Part shown: piece after piece, positions 1-13,452 of the stretch
Position numbering within the stretch: position 1 is the stretch's first letter
How the letters are laid out: the number at the start of each line of letters is the position of its first letter
DNA from: Lama glama
Lineage: Eukaryota
Length of the DNA: 64,000 nucleotides
Direction: 5' to 3'
Assembly (NCBI GenBank): GCA_028534125.1
Contig: CM052816.1
Coordinates: 54,748,001-54,812,000, forward strand
The notes under the pieces: generated by a model
Told to the model about the DNA's origin: nothing
The model's input: only the letters and a program-made list of their open reading frames with translations
Database searches by the model: none
Made by a program: the position numbers and the translations under genes

Positions 1-429
1 TGTCAAAGCTCCCTGTTAAAGGGGACTCTGCTCTTGTGGATGTGTGAAGTCAGGGCTCCCTCCATCCTGTAAGTGTACCCAGCAGGATCTGGGGAGAGGA
101 TGACCTCTCGCCATCTGGTGGACACTCGTTAATTCTACTGCTGTTCTCGGTTGCTGCTGGGAAGAGTGAAGAGAGCAGGGGCCGTGGTGCTCACCTCTGG
201 ACGCCCACGGAGATGTTCACATTTGTGCTCATGTCTACGTGGTGCTCAACCCCGGACACCTCTGGACACCCATGGTCCTCATCCAACCTTGGCCCTCACC
301 CCTCGCCCTCTCTTTCTGTTTGAGATGAATGGACATACCTGCTTGTGTAGTCATTCAACATAGCGCTGGTCTCTCTCCTTGGGTTTTGGTGGTAGTAGGA
401 TATGGAAATCCTTGGCTTCCTTGTGCATC

Positions 430-850
430 TTTGAAGCTACAGAACTTAAAGACAATCATGACAGTAGTTGGATTCAGTCTTTCAAAGATGAAACTGAAGA
501 CAGCTACAAAAGTACAGCTTTTACATCCACTCTGTGCAACATCTGGAGGAAGAGAGGATGTCTCTTCCTTTTCAAATCCAGGAAACTTCTTTCTCAGTGG
601 TTTCTAGGATACTCTCCCTTGTGCATCACTGGCCCAACTCAGGGCACGTGCCCGTTCCTGAATAACCCCTGGGTCCAATGGATGGCATGACTTTTAGACT
701 TCTCGGGCCCACTCCACGGTCTGGGGGTGGGGTCAGCCTTCTTTGAATCACACAGGCTGCGTGGGGTGGACATAGCTTCATGAAACTTGGTAAAAATCTG
801 GGGCCTGCTAACAGAAAAAAGAAGAATGCATGTTGGGCTGGTGACCAGAA
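430..850 (-). mobile_element. Old MLT1K/L-like MaLR fragment
   Basis: tcactggcccaactcagggcacgtgcccgttcctgaa...gggggtggggtcagcc. Confidence 0.55.
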
Positions 851-1307
851 TTATCCACCATTATCTTCTTAGATCTTCTTGCAGAAAAAGTTTTCTGGTG
901 TTTCTTCTTCTACTGGGCACTGACAATACTGACAGGAATAGTTATTGTATCTTACTGTCTGCCCAAGCTATGTTTTACAGATACCTTCTCATTTTAATCC
1001 TGAAAACAGTGTGGTGAGTGCCTGTATTATGGTCCCCACCTTATGAATCAGGATGCTAAGGCTCAACGGACTTCAGTGACTTGCTGAAAAAGGCAGGACT
1101 AGTCAAGGTGGAGACGAACTTCAAAGTCTGGTTCCCGGGGATGGGAAGAACATCGAACCACTGCTCACCTCATGCCAGCAGAGCCTCGCAGCTCACTGAT
1201 TCTTCCTGGCTGTTGACCTTTTACCTCAATTCCCCTTTGACAACCCTCCATGGCCACAGTGCCACCTTGCCATGTCCCCAGACAGCTCCACCTCTGGAAC
1301 TTGGAAT

Positions 1308-1466
1308 TCTTTTTTTTTTTTTAATTTTTACTTTATTTTACTAGGGGGAGGGAGGTAATTAGGTTTTTATTTACTTGCTTAATTTTTTTAATGGAAGTCC
1401 TGGGGCCTGAACCCAGCACCTCGTGCATGCTGAGCATGTGCTCTGCCACTGAGCTGTCTCCTCCCC
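1308..1466 (-). mobile_element. tRNA-Ala-derived SINE (Vic-1-like, long form)
   Basis: tRNA head with A/B boxes, AT-rich spacer, cctaattacctccc tail and poly(A). Confidence 0.9.
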
Positions 1467-3279
1467 TCTTTTGTGACTCTTTCTTTTGCCTTCTTTGTTC
1501 ACACCCTCTGGTGTTTGGCTTTGTCCTTTCCTGCTCCCCCATCAAAGCTCCTCTTGACCCGCTTTACCGCCCGTGTTCCCTGTCTCCCACCCATCTTCCT
1601 AACCTGCCAGCCCCTGCTTCTTTTCCTTCTCTAACTTGCTCGGACTCCATGGCAACCACTTCATTTACATGCTCATCAACCCTTCCATTTCCTCACACTC
1701 AGTACCCCCGGACTGTCCTAGCCTTGCTAATCCCCACCCAGGAATCCATCCTACGCAAAATTCCCATGCTGGAGTTTCTTTCTTAATGCCTGGGGAGAAA
1801 AGTCTTAATTCCTGTTTCTAGCCCAGCTGGACACCTGGGGCTCTTGTCAACCATGCCTGGTACCCAGGCTCTCCATGAACCCCTCCCACAGTAGATGACT
1901 GGACTACAGAAGGGTCCTCCTGTCTTTCTGATGAAGGGGCCCTCAGGGGGAAGCCATCGCTGAGTAGAGGTCCCCCTTTTACCCACACACTCACCAGGCA
2001 GGAGCTGGGGGCAGGGCAGGCTTGGCTGAGGAAAGGCCTGAGGCCATGATGATGGCAGATTGCCCACCGAGGAACACGGCAGGCAGATTCTGTGGTGGAG
2101 TGAGGGTGGAATTTCCAGGAGAAATGACAAAAATTAACACCAGGAGAGCAACTCCTACACGAGGTCACTAATCTTGTGGCTGAGCTGGTGGTGAAAGCTG
2201 TGAGGCTTGGGGCCAAAATGGGGCCCTGGGAGAGGTCAGGAAACCAGAAGAGCCAAGAATGAGGAAGACTGGAAGGGGAGATAGGTGATGGAGGCTCAGA
2301 GAAATTCTGGAAGCAGAGTGAGGAAGCCTGCGGCATCTTCCCAGGCCTGGGCCTGTGCAGGCAGTTCCGTTCAAGGGCAGGAGCAGACAGTGGTCCTTCC
2401 TCAGGTCCCCTCTGGACGACCCTCAGTGTTTACCTTTCCTCCCGCAGTCTTCCCGATTTCTCACTTCTTCAAAGCTCCTCCTTTCCCGGGTTTTCATTCC
2501 TTTTCTTTTCACGAAACTGTTCGGAGTTTTTTTTGTCCTAAAATACATTATAAGCTAAATTCAACTCTGTCTCATTTTCCAGCACCTCTGCTCCTTCCCT
2601 TCAGAGTGGGGAACTTCCTTCTCTCGACCCTCCCCTTTCTGTTCCTACCTCCCACGCCGCTGCGGACATCACACCCCAGACCCCTGGCCCAGTCCAGTGC
2701 CTTTTTCTGGATGGCATTGTTCCCGGGCCCTTAAAGCTTTCGACACCCTCTCTTGGAAACCTGTCCCCCTCAGTCTTTATTACACCACTGTCTTCTGGTT
2801 TGCCTCCTTCCTCATTGGTTACTGGTCTCCTTTACGAAGTCTCCTCTTCCTTCTCCTGGCCCTTAAACGTGAATGTCCCCCCACCCCCAGTTCTGGCCTG
2901 TTATTCTCTCTTTTCGCTCCACATTCTCCCCCAGTGCCATCCCACTCACGTCTGTGGTTTTAACTCTCCCATATGCTAATGGCTCCCTCAATCTATGAGC
3001 TTTGGCCCTGGAGTTGGGATCAGTGTGCAAAATTTAAAGGAACTGAGTAATCATGATAAACACTATGTCTATAAACATATCATAAAAAATAAAATTATGC
3101 ATAAAAATTCATGATGAATAAAATATCAGAATTTAAATAAAGACAGGATCAAGTATATGGAGCCACACTGGAACCTGAAACAAAAGGAAAAATCCATAAT
3201 AATGATCTCCAAACACGCTAGTAGTCCCTCCCCTAGATTAGTGGGTCTCAATCATGGCTGTGGGTTAGAATCCCCCTTT

Positions 3280-3595
3280 TTTTCCAGTTTTATTTTTGTT
3301 GAGATAAAATTCACCATTTTCAAGAGTACAATTCACTGGTTTTTAGTATATTCATACTGTTGCACAATCAGCACTGCTAATTTCAGAATATTTCTGTCAC
3401 CCCAGAAAGAAACCCCATGCCCATTACCCACTGATTTACTGTCTCTGTGGATTTACCTATTCTGGGTATTTCATGTAAATGGAATTACAAAAAAAAGTCA
3501 CTCAGCATAATGTTTTCAAGGTTCGGCCATGTGGCAGTATAAATGAGCATTTTATTCCTTTTTATTGCTAAATATGGTCCATTACATGGATATGT
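3280..3595 (-). mobile_element. Old L1M 3' UTR fragment interrupting a MER5-like element (about 3240-3745)
   Basis: gagataaaattcacc...tcatgtaaatggaatt; MER5-like halves on both sides. Confidence 0.8.
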
Positions 3596-3789
3596 TGGGG
3601 AGATTTTTAAAAAATAGTGATGCCTGAGCTCTGTCCTCAGTGATTCTGATTCCATTCATCTGAGGTGGGGCCCAGACACCCTTTTGTTTTTCTTTTAAAA
3701 GATCTACTCCTCCCCCAGGCCAGCCAGTGTTGAGGACCACCGCCCTGGACGGTGATCCAAGCCTTTCGTCCTTAGAACTCCTATGGGAA

Positions 3790-3995
3790 CTGTCACATAC
3801 CTCTCTACAGTGACATTTGTCACTTATTGGGAAGATGATTTATGTGCCTTTCTTTCCCACTAGACACTGAGTTTTCAAGTGCACCAGACATCATGTCTTG
3901 TCCTTTCCTGTCTCTCTCCAGGGCTTTGGTCTCTGCCTGGCCCGTGGTAGGCGAACAAATAAACTCACTGAATAAAAAGAGTGGATGAATAATGA
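3790..3995 (+). mobile_element. L2 3' end (other L2 fragments about 1480-3000, 8420-8790, 62520-62625)
   Basis: cccactagacactgag...tgcctggcccgtggtaggcgaacaaataaa...tgaataa. Confidence 0.7.
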
Positions 3996-4235
3996 ACTGT
4001 GGACTTCACTGCCTTGTTAAATGGTATGCTGAGTGTGTAACATTTCCTGTGTGACCAAGAGTCATGATGACAAACATATACTGTACAGATTGTGATGTGC
4101 TAACGCCCCCAATGGGCCACCCAAGTTAAGAGCAATACTTATTATCTATCTTCTGCCACCATTGTAACCTGCTGGTGGCATCAGCGAGGAAGAACAGATT
4201 TCCAGTGAGAACCAGATAAGCGAGATTGAAAAGCT

Positions 4236-4511
4236 TAAACAGATAAACAAGGACCTACTATATAGCACAGGAAATTATATCCAATAGCTTATAATAACCT
4301 ATAATGGAAAAGAATATGAAAAAGAATATATATATGTATAACTGAATCACTACTCCAGAAACTAACACAACATTATGAATCAACTATACTTCAATTAAAA
4401 AAAAAATAAGGTGCACTGGAATTTGACACAACATTGTAAAATTATTATAAATCAATAAAAAAATGTTTAAAAAAAGGAACAAAAGCCATGAGAAACACAC
4501 ACACATAAAAG
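4236..4511 (+). mobile_element. Older artiodactyl-type L1 3' end with a short younger L1 3' tip (about 4411-4475) in its A-tail
   Basis: gacctactatatagcacagg...tataactgaatcact motif; second unit ctggaatttgacacaacattgtaaa; outer TSD gaaaagct (4228-4235, 4512-4519). Confidence 0.85.
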
Positions 4512-6227
4512 GAAAAGCTGAGTTATATGCAATGAAATCTAAGTGACCAGACTGTTCTAAACATGATTCCTACCTTTCTTCTCAAGTGAAGGGCTCTGTA
4601 AGAACTATGGAAGTTATCTGGGTTTGACGGATGGCAACATTCTTTGTATTTTTCTTAGGTTTCATTTTAGAAATCTGACTAGAGGGTAAGAACAAACAAG
4701 CTGCCCATCTGTTGATCTTGTACACATCCCATCATTTGAAAGACGCTGCCTTGGATGGTGAGCTGAGTGGGAGGCTGTGGCTGAGGAGTCTCCCGGTTGC
4801 CCCATGACTAACCGTGCCTTCTACCCCGTCCTCAGAGCAGGCTGACTCTGGGTTTGTGGCCGAGCTGCCGCGTGCAGCATTGACTCTTCATCTTCGATAT
4901 GACTCATGACTTTGTTCCAAAACAAAATAGCCACCTCAGTCCTGCGGAAGAACATCGCATACCCTTATTCCGTTACTATGAAATTAAATCCTCCTCTGCT
5001 GTATCTCAATTCCTTCTAATAAAAGTTGAGCTCCTCATACTTGCTTTTCCTTATAAGTTAGTCTAATGATCTTCTGCAACCTCAACTTGAAACTGTCAAG
5101 TCTTCTTAATTAACCACTAGACCAAAAAAAAAGGGAGGGGGAGTCTCAGAAAGATGAGATATCACTCTTCCTCACAGCTGCAAGAGAGACATCAATTCAA
5201 TATCTCCAAACTAATACTAAGACCATTATCCCCAAAATGTCAAACTGACACCATTCACAGAGGACCAATCTTGCTCCCCTGTTTCCTATAAAGATGTAGT
5301 GACTATTTGTAAGTGTTACCAACGAGGGAGTCTTATGAAATAGTCTGACTTCAGAAATTTTTGCCAGGGCTTATGAAAGAAATCATTAATCTCTAAATAG
5401 AGGTTTGTAATTGGTTGTCTTACTTGGTAATTTGCTGCCCTGGGAATGATGTTGTAATTGAAGCCTCTGTTTCCTAAATGGTCTAAAGATGCCTGTAAGA
5501 TCTATTTGCCAGATTCGAGTAGTCTCACTCCCATGTCCCTCTCCGTCCACACGAGTGGAGGTAACAGAAACCTGTGACTCTGCTACATTTCTTACGTGAC
5601 TAGAGTGTGAGGGTCTAGGTCTCATTTAAGTGAATTCTTGTGGCTGCCTGTGGAGTCTGATCCCGTGAATTCCCAGAAGCCCACAGCCCCACCTCTTGCT
5701 TTTCAGAGTTAACTCTAGTGATTATCTAACATGCATCTTCACAACTTAGGTGTGTCCTTCCTGCTTTGCCTTTGATAAGGCCAGGCTCTCTTTAGGTGGC
5801 CTCTTTGGCTCCCTCACAAGTTTCTGCAGGGACTGTGTGAGGTGGCAGTTCCTTCCTGTGTCTCCGTCAAGAAGGCAAACATATCCTGTATGAGGAATCC
5901 CTTTGGCCACATCAGAAGTAAGACCTCATACTTGTCCCAAAGTCACTTGTCCAACAGCACAATGATCAGCCAAGGTTCAAGGAAGAGGCAGAAATGGCTT
6001 AGGAGGAGCCAGGTGACACAAAGACTTTCAGAACCTTCATAGGACATCCCTTGGCTGTTTTGGCATCTTTTTCCTTTTATGATCATAATTCCAACAAGCT
6101 TGATTATCTGTCTGATTTCCAGCTCCCAGCAGACTCTAGTCTGCTGGGGAGAAGGAACGGAGCTGCAGGAGGCAGGCACACCACCACGTCTGCCCGCAGG
6201 TAAAGGGGAAGAGACAATAAAAAGGCA

Positions 6228-6375
6228 GGGGGGAGGGCACAGTTCAGTGGTAGAGCGCGTGCTTCACATGCACGGGGTCCTGGGTTCAATCCCCAGTACT
6301 TCCATCAAAATAAACAAGTAAATAAATAAACCTAATTACCCCCCAAGATAAAAACCAAAAAATAAGCAAAATAAG
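6228..6375 (+). mobile_element. tRNA-Ala-derived SINE (long form)
   Basis: gggggagggcacagttcagtggtagagc...gggttcaatccccagtacttcca + aaacctaattacccccc + A-rich tail. Confidence 0.9.
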
Positions 6376-6599
6376 GTATTTTTTAAAAAGAACTATAATA
6401 AGAAGCACATGCAAAAGCTCAGAAGTTCCAAAAGCCGACAAGCTTGCTGTTGAAAGCAAATCACTCTACCACCCCCATAACAGCTGTAACAGAGAAGGTT
6501 AAAATAACTGACACTCTTATGATGCAGCTTAGCCATGAGGACAAGATTAAATTACGTTCTATGCACTGTGTTAAAATATTTCAGGAGGGCTAAAGTGAG

Positions 6600-7015
6600 T
6601 TTGGGGATTCATAAAATGCAGCAGATGCTGTCAGTGCCCTACTCACATTTTTTGAGCCTCACTGAGTCATTATCTTCTGGCTGACTTCCAACTGTCCATG
6701 TGGTCCTGCTCAGAAGTTGAAAAGTGACAGGGAATTAACTCCCCCTCACCCCAGGAACTGCAGTCAAACAGTAACACTCAGATGCTGGTGTATAAATATA
6801 TCAGCTCCCTTGCCCGTCAAGCAGAATCATTTACACCGTCTCCCAGGTTTAAGCTCCAGGAACCCTCTGGAGTAACTAGGTTCCTAGTGTACCCTTTGGT
6901 GGTTCCCATCTCCCTCCTCCATCATTTCCCCACTTCCCTGGAAGTGCTCCCTGGACTTTCCAGATAAACTGTACTCACACCCTGTCTCGGGCTCTGTTTC
7001 CAGAAAAATTTGCAC
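6600..7015 (+). mobile_element. LTR16-like (ERVL) LTR
   Basis: ggtgtataaatat...cagataaactgtactcacaccctgtctcgggctctgtttcc. Confidence 0.65.
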
Positions 7016-8949
7016 TAGCATAGAAAGTTAGGCTACAATTAAGTGAATGTTCATGAATTTGAAACAAGATTTTTTTCTCCAATGCTGCACAAAAATGAAG
7101 GGTATGTAAAAAGACCACCCACTTTTTCCCTGCGTGTTTGCATTCTCTATTTCTTCCTTAATATATGCACGTATTTCACCCCATCCCTCTTTCCTCCCCT
7201 CTGTCTTCCAGCAATTCAGCTCAGATTACCTAGGGACAACCAAGCATTTTCCTTTCAGTTCTCCCAGGCCTCGTATCAAACAGTATTTTTTAAAAACCAG
7301 CCAGGTCCACTGCATTCAGGTGTCTCCTAAAGTTTAGCAAAATGGCCCCCAAACCTCAAGCCCCCTTCACAAGAAAGACTGAACAAACCTTCCCTGGGCA
7401 GACTTTTCCTCTCTTGTCTGTGAGAATCTTGGTTTTCGGGCGTCGGCTGGATGGAGATCAGAGCTCTGAGGCTCCTGGTGCTGAGCTGCAGGCCGTCCAT
7501 CTCCCTGGGGGGACACAGGAAAGCAGGAGGCCACCGGGGGTGCACACCCTTTGGTCCTGGGCCCAGTTCTGTGCTGCAGAAGCCTCAGTGGGCCCACTCG
7601 TCCCATCTCGGGCGCGCAAAGCCAAGTGAAAGCCGTGGTCATCACCCCGGAGAGAGAGGCTCAGGCTTCCGCTGTGCTGTAAGCCTCTTCTCCTTCTCAG
7701 GGCAGCAGCCACAGTAGCCAGCAGAGCACACAGTCTTCATGGCATCTCCAGCTTGCTCGGTCCTGAGAATCACCCGGAGCACTTCTCGGCACGCAGCTTC
7801 CAGATGCTGCTCGTTCAGCATCTCGAGAGAAGCCCGGGCATCGCTGTGTTTCACAAGACCCACAGGTGATCCTTATGGGCGGGCTCACTAAGGAAACAAC
7901 GGGGACCAGAGAGGCAGGAGCAGCTTCCAGGTAGACGGCACCCAGCTGGTCAGCTCTGTTCCCTCTCACTGACAGCCCTCACACCCACCCAGAATGTAGA
8001 GAAGGGAAGGCACTCCTAGCATGGGGGCTTGCCACGGCCTGTGATGGTTCTGAGACCCCAAGGAGGCTCTAATCCAGACAAGATGTGTCTAAAGTGATGC
8101 TCACAGCCCAGGCAGACCTTGTAAGTGGCACTTCCTCTTGGGTTTGCTATAGAGCAATGGTTCCCAGTTGAGCAGAGGGTAGGAGTGAGGAGGCAGAGGA
8201 CTGGAAAGGGTAGAATTTAAGAACTCTTCTTCATTAGGAATTTCTTTGATTTGTTTTTCATCAAAGAGAACTTATTTAGACATTTCTGGAATGTTAAAAG
8301 GGTGTGAGATCTTAATGTTTCTCAAAATGGCACACAAGGGTGAAATGCTTGCGGTTGACTGGGATAAAAGAAGTCCGACTGGCTGAGGGCAGTTCTGGAA
8401 GAGCGGGACCTCCTGACACCCACGCCCTGCACTCTGCTCCTGACTCACCTTCTCCAGCCCATTTCCTTCCACCATCTTTCTAAAACTCAGATCATGTAAG
8501 TCAACACTCTGCTCAGAGTCACTGAATGGCTCACTGTTGCCCCTGAGAGAAATTCCGATGACAATGAATCTCAAGATCCCTCTTTGGCCTCACCCCAGCT
8601 TTACCTCCTGACTGCTCACCATGAGCCCTTTGTTCTTGCACAGGAGTCAGGCTACTGGAGTTCTCAGAACACAGTAGATATGATCCCACCTCTGAACCTT
8701 TGCCCTTGCTGTGCCTTTCCACCATTTCTGTCCCTGGAGAGCCCCGACTCATCCTTTGAATACCTTTGCTTTGAGTCCCGCTCATCTGCCTGGCAGAATA
8801 CACTGTTTGTGAAATGAGACATGTTTGTTGAGAAGTCCGTGCATAGTCTTGGTGAGAGGTGGTGGGGTCTGAGAGCCAGCAGCACCTTGGCCTGGTCCTG
8901 TCCCTGGATGGGCACAACTGGTTGAGGCATCCTTTTTTTTTTTCCTTCC

Positions 8950-9760
8950 TTCTTTCCTTTCTTCCTATTGAGGTAAAATATACAAAACATAAATTTTATC
9001 ATTTAAAATGTTTAGTTCAGTGGCATAAAGTACATTCACATTGTTGTGCAACCATCACCACCAACCATCCACAGAACTTTTTCATCTTGCAAAACTGAAA
9101 CTTGATACCCATGAAACAATAACTTATCATTCCTCCAACCCCTATCCCCAGCCCCTGGCAGCCACTGCCCTGCTTTTTGTCTCTATGAATTTGACTATTC
9201 TAGGTACGTCACATTAATGGAATCACATGGTATTTGTCATTTATGTCTGGCTTATTCCTCTTAGAATAACATTTTCCATGTTGTAACATAAATTAGAATT
9301 TAATTCCTTTTCTAGGCTACATAATATTCTACTGTCTGTATATGCTTCATTTTGTTTATCTATTCACTTGCTGATGGATGTTTTGGTGTTTCCACGTTTT
9401 GGCTACTGTGGCTAATGCTGTCATAGACATAGGTCTACAAATACCTGTTTGAGCCCCTGCTTTCAGTTCTTTTGGGTATTATAGTCCCACCAAGGAGTGG
9501 AATTGCTGGATCATATAGTACTTCTATGTATGATTTTTTGAGGACCCACCATACTGTTTTCTATAGCTGCTGTACATTCCCACCAACAATGCACTAGGGT
9601 TTTCATATCTCCATGTCCTTGCATTTTAATTTTGTTATTGTGTTATTTTAAATAACATTTGCTTTCTCCTTTTTTTGATTACAGCTATTCTAATGGCTAT
9701 GAAGTAATATCTCGTTGTGTTTAGATTTGAATTTTCCTATTGATTAATGATGTCAAATCT
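8950..9760 (-). mobile_element. Old L1M fragment (3' UTR and ORF2 end)
   Basis: attgaggtaaaatataca...ggagtggaattgctggatcatatagta, typical antisense L1M text. Confidence 0.9.
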
Positions 9761-9779
9761 TTCTTTTTTGAAATATCCA

Positions 9780-9958
9780 TTTTATTGAGGTATATTTTAT
9801 TTTATTTTTTAATACTTTATTTTTTGCCTTTTTTGGGGGTATGTGTGGTAATTAGGCTTATTTATTTATTTATTCATTTTTAACATAGGTACTGGGGATT
9901 GAATCCAGGACCTCATGCACGCTAAGCATGCGCTCTACCACAGAGCTATACCCTCCTC
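9780..9958 (-). mobile_element. tRNA-Ala-derived SINE (long form)
   Basis: Same head and tail as the other copies. Confidence 0.9.
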
Positions 9959-10334
9959 CAGAAGGAAGTTATGTTTTAAAACAAGCCTTCTCTTCTTGAA
10001 ATGCTTGCAACACTTTCAGTGTAAATCACTAGAATTTTGGCCAAGAAACACATACCATAAGGGTTTCTCACAGTTTACTGTTCCTAAGAAATCACTAGAG
10101 GTACTTTTTTTTGTTTTGAGAGATAAAACTGTTTTAAAATTTACATATATGTAGTGTTCATTTTTCTAAGAACAGTTTAGAGCTTTAGCTCTTTAAACTT
10201 ATATAATTATCAAAGGAGTAAAGCCAACCACAAAATAAGAATCAACAGAATATACAGTAATCCAGTCATAAAGGACAGTCAAATGTGCTTACACATATTC
10301 AAGAAATCAATCATCTAAGCTGTAAGTAATAAGT

Positions 10335-10945
10335 AGTTCACTGAGGTGTAATTTATGTACACTAGATGGCACCCATATTTGAGTGTGAACAGTTCAATGG
10401 ATTTTGACAAATATATACACACCCACGTAACTACCACCATAATCAAAACACATAACATTGCTATCACCCTCTCTTGACCCTTTACTCCACTTCCAACTCC
10501 AGGCAACCTCTGTCACTATATATTAGTTTCATTTCCTAGAATTCCATATAAATGGAGTCATTCAACATACACTCTTCTGTATCTGGCTTCTTCCACTCCA
10601 CACAATATGTCTGTGATTCATTCACGTTGATGAGTATATCACTAGTGTATTCCTTCTTACTGCCAAGTGGCATTCCATTGGATGGATACATCACAGTTTG
10701 TTTTTCCATTCATCTATTGATAGACATTTGGTTTGTTTCTAGTTTTAAGGCTGTTATGAAAGAAGCTATTACAAACATTCTTGTATAAGTCTATGTGTGG
10801 AATATGCTTTCATTTTTCTCAAGCAAATACCTAGGAGTAGAATTGGAAGATCATCAGGCAGGTGTACGTTTAACGTTATAAGAAACTGTGGAACTTTTTT
10901 CCAAAGAGACAGTGCCATTTTATATACATGTGCCAGCAGCAAAAT
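10335..10945 (-). mobile_element. Old L1M fragment
   Basis: atacctaggagtagaattggaagatcat and 3' UTR motifs. Confidence 0.88.
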
Positions 10946-12005
10946 GGAGGAGAGTTTCAATCGCTGCGCGTCCTTGTCAGGGCATCCATCCTTCCATCTG
11001 AAAATCCCTCTGACTTCCTCTGGCTGAGCTCAGAGGGTCACCCACGATGGGTCCTCAACTATGCCTATGGGCACCAGTGGCAAATATAAAGGGAAAGGAC
11101 AAAGTGGGGAAGAAAATGCAGCATTATATGTGTAAGTTTGTATGTGTCTCAGAACACGGAGAGGGCTGGTAGTCCCAATCTGATGTCAGCGGGCAACAAT
11201 TTACACAAAAGAGACCTGTCCCATCAAGTACTAGGATATGGCAAAATCTTATCTCCAAACCTATAAAACAGGTTTCAACCTGTTAAGTGCATTTCTAGAC
11301 TCAATGAACTATGGCTGGTCACTAAGTATCACTAAGTCCTACCTCTTACTTCCTAGAGAAGAGAAACGCTCCGTTCTTCTGCCACGCTACTACATGCCAA
11401 CCAGGAGGACTAAATGGGGTGGGCCAAGAAATGTTAAATGTCTGAACAATTCCATATGCATATTAAAGTATTTGAAAATTCTAGTTAAAAGTTTTTTTTT
11501 TTTTCTAATCTGGATGAGGCTACTGAGAGCATCTGAGACAGAATTATCCTAAGGAAATAATTTCAGTTACTAAAGTAAGCAAAATAGCAACTGAAATTAA
11601 ATTAAACGGGAAGCAGAAACCAGTACCACCCCTGACATTTGTTTCCTAAACCTTTCTTAAAGGTCACTTGGCAAGCATGACTCCTTGGATTTTAAAAACC
11701 CAAAGATTAGACTCAGTACTGAAACACTAAAAATAATCTCAAAAAAACATGTGGACACAGAAGGGTGAAAACAATCCTTAATCACACCACTTTTCGAGCA
11801 AATTTTCAATTAAAATGATGCTCTTCTTTGGTAGCACTTGAAGTGTTGTATTTCACATTTCCTTAAATATTCCCCTGGGGTCCCCTCATGGCACAGATGA
11901 CAGCAGTAAGGCAAGGCACATGCTGACTGAGCAGAGTCTAGGACCCAGGCCTTTGAGACGTTTTTATAATCCCTTCTGTTGATGTTAAAAAATAAACAGC
12001 TGAGA

Positions 12006-12135
12006 GGGGAGGGTATAGCTCAGTAGTAGAGTGGGTGCTTAGCATGCATGAGGTCCTGGATTCACTCCCCAGTACCTCCATTAAAATAAATAAATAAGCC
12101 TAATTACTCCCCCCCCCAAAAAAATTTAAAAAAAA
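12006..12135 (+). mobile_element. tRNA-Ala-derived SINE (long form)
   Basis: Same head and tail; degenerate flanking TSD. Confidence 0.9.
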
Positions 12136-12254
12136 GCAACTGAAAGATCTTCAGAAATCATGGCTATGTTGTTATAAAAGTACAATACTCAGAGGCTAAG
12201 CTGTTTCTTTAAAGATCATTACTACAATGCGCTTTTGGACACTCAGTGCAGTAG

Positions 12255-12705
12255 ATTTCAGTGGCCTCTATTCTATGTCACTCCCTGAGCCACGTCTCTG
12301 CCCTGTGATGCTGAAATTCCTCTCACTAAAGAGGCAGTGCCTATTTCTCCATCTCCTAGAGTCTGGGATGGCCTCGTGTCTTGCTTTGAATGTGACTATC
12401 GAGTAGATGTGCCATTTCCGATCCTTGACCTCATGATGTCCTGTGTGTTTCCTCTTTTCTTGCTCCTCCTCTTTTGCGGCGAGAAGGTACCAGGACCAGC
12501 GTGCTTGAAGGGGGAGACACCTCTGGAGCACATTATGTCACCCCAGTCATCCCAGCCGAGGCTTTTCTAAACTAGCTAAGAGATGCCCAGATAGGTCAGC
12601 AGAATGACCTAGTTGACTAACCCAGAGCATGAGCAATAAATGCTTATTATTTTGCGCCTCTGAGGTTTAGTGTGGTTTTGTTACATACAAATACCTGACT
12701 GATAT
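12255..12705 (+). mobile_element. MLT1-like MaLR LTR
   Basis: ctgggatggcctcgtgtcttgcttt...gagcaataaatgcttattatttt...ctgactgata. Confidence 0.7.
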
Positions 12706-13284
12706 TTCTACATCACAGGAGTTCTTAAAACTCACAGATACAGTTTAAAAATAAAATGGCCTATTGTGCACTCTCCTTTTGTCCCCTAAAACTGAAAATG
12801 GGTTTCTAGATTTTTCTAGAAAATATATCTAACACCATACTCAGGAGGCTGTTAACTGTGGTTACCTCTGAGGAGAGGTCAGGGGTTGAGGGGAATTTTC
12901 ACCATACATCCTTTTGTTCTTTGGAAATTTGAAACATATGGGTATTACCTATTCAAAAAATGCATTAAAAATCCTACCTGAATACAGAGCATTAAGTTGT
13001 ATCTCCAAAGGAGAAGGCACCCATTTCTATACACAAAAGGCATAGTTAATGATAGAGACAACTATTTGTAAGGTGAAATCTTTCAATGGATATATCAGAT
13101 CTTTAGAGTCAATATCTAGGGGAACATATCTAGAGAATCTTGATACTCCAATAACTTTGCAGATAGACATGCTAATCTACAGTAAAATTCTGAAGAACTT
13201 CAGCATCTTAACAGATAAACTGTGGTTTCCTGCTTGCTGACCACAAAATAAGCTGGGTTGGAGATTTCTTTTAAATGCTACTTC

Positions 13285-13452
13285 TCTGGTTCTCAACGTT
13301 TTGTGTGCATAAGAATCACCCCACTTCCTGTTCAAAATGTAGATGGTTTAAATCCCTACAGAGATTGACTGTAGGTGTGCGGTGGGGCCCAGAAATCTGC
13401 TTTACAACAAGCAGCTCAGATAATTTGGCAGAGACTTCATTTTGAGAAACAT
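13285..13452. mobile_element. MER5-like element
   Basis: ggttctcaacg...agaatcacc...ggggccccagaaatctgc...tttgagaaac. Confidence 0.75.

Noticed and set aside
7642..7863. 73-aa ORF that looked like a processed pseudogene fragment
   Set aside because: No recognisable protein, poly(A) or TSD; the DNA follows a MER5-like layout.
12006..12080. Apparent tRNA-Ala genes here and at 13 other sites
   Set aside because: They carry A-rich tails, often TSDs, and scattered mutations, so they are SINEs rather than tRNA genes.
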